A stretch of DNA of 64,000 nucleotides from a bacterium. Its GTDB lineage: Bacteria > Zhuqueibacterota > Zhuqueibacteria > Residuimicrobiales > Krinioviventaceae. Below are positions 61,404 to 64,000 of this stretch, one piece after another. Below the pieces are notes generated by a model. That model made no database searches and was not told the origin of the DNA. It was given only the letters and a program-made list of their open reading frames with translations. Every line of letters starts with the position of its first letter. Positions within the stretch are counted from its first letter, which is position 1. Both the position numbers and the translations under genes were made by a program. The DNA is taken from NCBI GenBank assembly GCA_963675755.2, contig CAXXMD010000003.1, positions 2,816,001-2,880,000 on the forward strand, given 5' to 3'.

Positions 61404-62755
61404 TTCACGCTTCCCGGCAAGAGACGTTCCATTTTCGAGTACAGTTGACGCCGGGTAATGCCCAAAAGTTCGGCCGCTTTTGTTTTGTTTCCTTCAGCTT
61501 TTGCAATTGCCCGTTGGATCATACGTATTTCCATCTCGTCCAGTGTCATAATATCTTCATCATGGCTTTGCAGGTCAATGGGCATTTCCGCTTCTCCGCG
61601 AATATAAGGGGGTAAATCCTGCACAGAAATGGAACTGCCTCCGGCCATAATCAAAGCTCTTTCAATTACATTTTCCAGTTCACGCACATTTCCCGGCCAT
61701 GCAAACGCTATCAAGAGTTTAATGGCTTTGGGATCAATCTTTTGCGGATCAACCTGCTGAAGAGTCATAAAATGTTCAATCAGTTCAGGTACATCTGTTT
61801 TTCTGTCCCGGAGGGGAGGAATAGTGATTGGAAAGACATTGATTCTATAATAAAGATCCTCACGAAATGATTTTTCTTTGACCATTTCTTCCAGATTGCG
61901 GTTTGTTGCTGCAATAGTTCGTGCATGTATTTTTATTGCCTGGGTTCCGCCTACCCGAATAACTTCTTTGGCTTGTAAAGCACGCAAGAGTTTAACTTGT
62001 GTTGCGGGAGTCATGTCACCAATTTCATCCAAAAAGATCGTGCCATTTCCTGCAACTTCAAACAGTCCGGGTTTTTGTTTATCTGCTCCTGTAAATGCCC
62101 CTTTTTCGTATCCAAACAGTTCACTTTCTAACAATGTTTCGGGCAATGCGCTGCAATTAACAGCAATAAATTGATTGTCTTTGCGTGGGCTGCAGTGATG
62201 AATGGCATGCGCTACCAGTTCTTTACCGGTACCGCTTTCTCCACGGACCAGAACCGTTGCATCGCTTTGAGCAACTTTTTCCACCAGTTCGTATACCTGT
62301 TGCATGGCCCCGCTTTTCCCAACCATATTGTCCAGCGAGTATTTGTTTTTCAGCTTCTTTTTTAGTGTTCTGTTTTCCTGTTTTAGATCGTGTTTGTCGA
62401 GTATATGTTTGACCTTGTGGCGTAATTCATCAATCTCAAAAGGTTTAATAACATAATCATATGCGCCGTTTTTCATGGCATCAACTGCGGTTTTTGCATC
62501 GGCATAGGCTGTCATTAACAAAACTTCGGTTTCAGGATAGGAGGATTTTACTTTTTCGAGCAGATCCAGTCCGCTCATGCCCGGCATTTTTATATCAGAC
62601 AGGATGACATCAAAAGTATCTATGTCCATTGCAGCAATTGCAGCTTCGCCACTGTTGGCTGTGGTGACAGAAAGACCAATATTTTCAAAAGCGGCTTTGA
62701 GCACAATACACATTTTACGCTCATCATCCACTATTAAAATTTTTCCATTACTCAT
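61400..62755 (-). CDS. Sigma54-dependent NtrC-family response regulator
   Basis: REC (ILIVDDE, SDIKMPG), [24 protein letters not shown], Fis-type HTH. Confidence 0.97.
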   Translation of the reverse strand: MSNGKILIVDDERKMCIVLKAAFENIGLSVTTANSGEAAIAAMDIDTFDVILSDIKMPGMSGLDLLEKVKSSYPETEVLLMTAYADAKTAVDAMKNGAYDYVIKPFEIDELRHKVKHILDKHDLKQENRTLKKKLKNKYSLDNMVGKSGAMQQVYELVEKVAQSDATVLVRGESGTGKELVAHAIHHCSPRKDNQFIAVNCSALPETLLESELFGYEKGAFTGADKQKPGLFEVAGNGTIFLDEIGDMTPATQVKLLRALQAKEVIRVGGTQAIKIHARTIAATNRNLEEMVKEKSFREDLYYRINVFPITIPPLRDRKTDVPELIEHFMTLQQVDPQKIDPKAIKLLIAFAWPGNVRELENVIERALIMAGGSSISVQDLPPYIRGEAEMPIDLQSHDEDIMTLDEMEIRMIQRAIAKAEGNKTKAAELLGITRRQLYSKMERLLPGSVN

Positions 62756-62769
62756 AAAATCCCTCAAAT

Positions 62770-63999
62770 TTAATGTGCCGGTAATGTAAATGTTATTGTT
62801 GCACCTTTGTCCTGATTATTCATAGCAGTGATTTTACCGCCATGTTTTTCAATAATTGTTTTGCTTACAGCGAGTCCTAAACCGGTTCCACGGGTTTTTG
62901 TTGTAAAAAATGGATCAAATATTTCCTCCGGTTCACCCTGAATACCTTGTCCATTGTCAATAACACTAATACGTGCATATGTCTTACCGCGACTATTTTC
63001 ACGATTGACATTGATTTGAATATCGGCTGTTTCTTCTTTAACTGCCTGACGTGCATTGATCAATAGATTCAATAATACCCTATGGATTGTGTCTCTGTCA
63101 CAGTCGGATAAAAGTTCATCTTGTTCTATATTGACTGTAAGATGAGCTTGCTCAAATTGTTCCGCGTTAAAAGAAGTAACAGCATCCTGAACTATGCTTG
63201 AAATATTCTGTTGGGCAATGGTTAGTTTGGGTTCTCGCGCAAATGATAAAAAATCGTTAACCAACCGGTTTAAACGTGCAATTTCTTCGGTGATAAAGTC
63301 AAACATCTCATTCGGCTTTTCAGGGTCCTGATAGGTTTCTTTGATAACATCGCTGGTGCTTTTTATGATGCCAAGAGGATTGCGGATCTCGTGTGCTACC
63401 GTTGCAGCCATTTGTCCCATGGCGGCCAGTCGCTGCGATTGCTGCAGATCGGCCTCGGTTTTTACAAGCAGGCGTGTGGCCCAGGTAACAAAAAAGACAA
63501 TTAGGCCTAGTACCAGAATACTGATCAGGCTGCCAAGGTACATTCCCCGTCTAAAAAATTGTATGGTATTAAATGAGCGGGCGTTGGCTTCCATTACCAG
63601 TATTACGGGATTCGCATAAGTATCATAAAGCATTGCATAGGCGTTTTTAAAATAATTACCTTCCAGCAGATGCATTTGCGAAGTTGCAATTTCATCGATC
63701 TCTATTTTCTTTAAAGCCAGGCTGTCTTCTGCCAGATACCCACGGCTTATCATTTCCAGTTCAGGCCTTGCATCTACAAGCACATCCAGCCTGACATTTA
63801 TCATATAAACCGCTTCAAGCGAGTTTTGTCTGCGGAGCATATCTAAATTTCTGCGTAAATGTGGATATTCAGATGTGTTGTAAATATCGACCAAATCGGG
63901 TTCAATTACACGGATAGCCATTTGGGCTGTAGAGCGAAGCCGGGCATCCAGTTCCTGTTCCAGGAAATTACCAATCTGATGGATAAACCAGTATGCACC
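62770..63999 (-). CDS. Membrane sensor histidine kinase, 5' end beyond the window
   Basis: VAHEIRNPL, NLLINARQA, FDPFFTTK..GTGLGL. Frame stays open upstream of 63921 to the window edge. Confidence 0.93.
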   Translation of the reverse strand, partial: GAYWFIHQIGNFLEQELDARLRSTAQMAIRVIEPDLVDIYNTSEYPHLRRNLDMLRRQNSLEAVYMINVRLDVLVDARPELEMISRGYLAEDSLALKKIEIDEIATSQMHLLEGNYFKNAYAMLYDTYANPVILVMEANARSFNTIQFFRRGMYLGSLISILVLGLIVFFVTWATRLLVKTEADLQQSQRLAAMGQMAATVAHEIRNPLGIIKSTSDVIKETYQDPEKPNEMFDFITEEIARLNRLVNDFLSFAREPKLTIAQQNISSIVQDAVTSFNAEQFEQAHLTVNIEQDELLSDCDRDTIHRVLLNLLINARQAVKEETADIQINVNRENSRGKTYARISVIDNGQGIQGEPEEIFDPFFTTKTRGTGLGLAVSKTIIEKHGGKITAMNNQDKGATITFTLPAH

Positions 64000-64000
64000 C

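Noticed and set aside
1-64000. Genome-wide amber recoding, selenocysteine, rRNA/tRNA, IS elements or prophage
   Set aside because: TAG and TGA end conserved genes at expected positions, and I saw no RNA-gene, transposase or phage signatures by eye.

Overview
Bacterial chromosomal window with no rRNA, tRNA, CRISPR array, transposase or phage gene that I could see. A PorV-like barrel, a protein with a C-terminal 'NFPNPFN' sorting domain and the sigma54 systems suggest an FCB-superphylum organism such as KSB1/Calditrichota (inference). Core genes are uvrA and gltBD. The rest includes six sensor kinases, two NtrC-type regulators, an OmpR-type regulator, two B12-radical SAM enzymes, a FabX/FabK-like flavoprotein, a TetR-RND efflux operon, a PIG-L/SSS cluster, an ECF/anti-sigma module, a HerA-like ATPase and an [FeFe]-hydrogenase-like chemoreceptor. 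The most striking unannotated element is at 35240-35730 (minus strand): two tandem, paralogous cassettes of short ORF, antiterminator and terminator. Their peptides are rich in Asp and aspartate-family residues, so they look like a double ribosome-dependent attenuator in front of a 103-aa orphan gene. Other candidates are a sigma54-driven structured small RNA or micropeptide with paired enhancer sites (3508-3740), a sensor kinase split by one in-frame TAG, a terminator-containing gltBD leader, and an OmpR-type direct repeat before the radical SAM/FabX-like operon. All calls were made by eye, without database searches.
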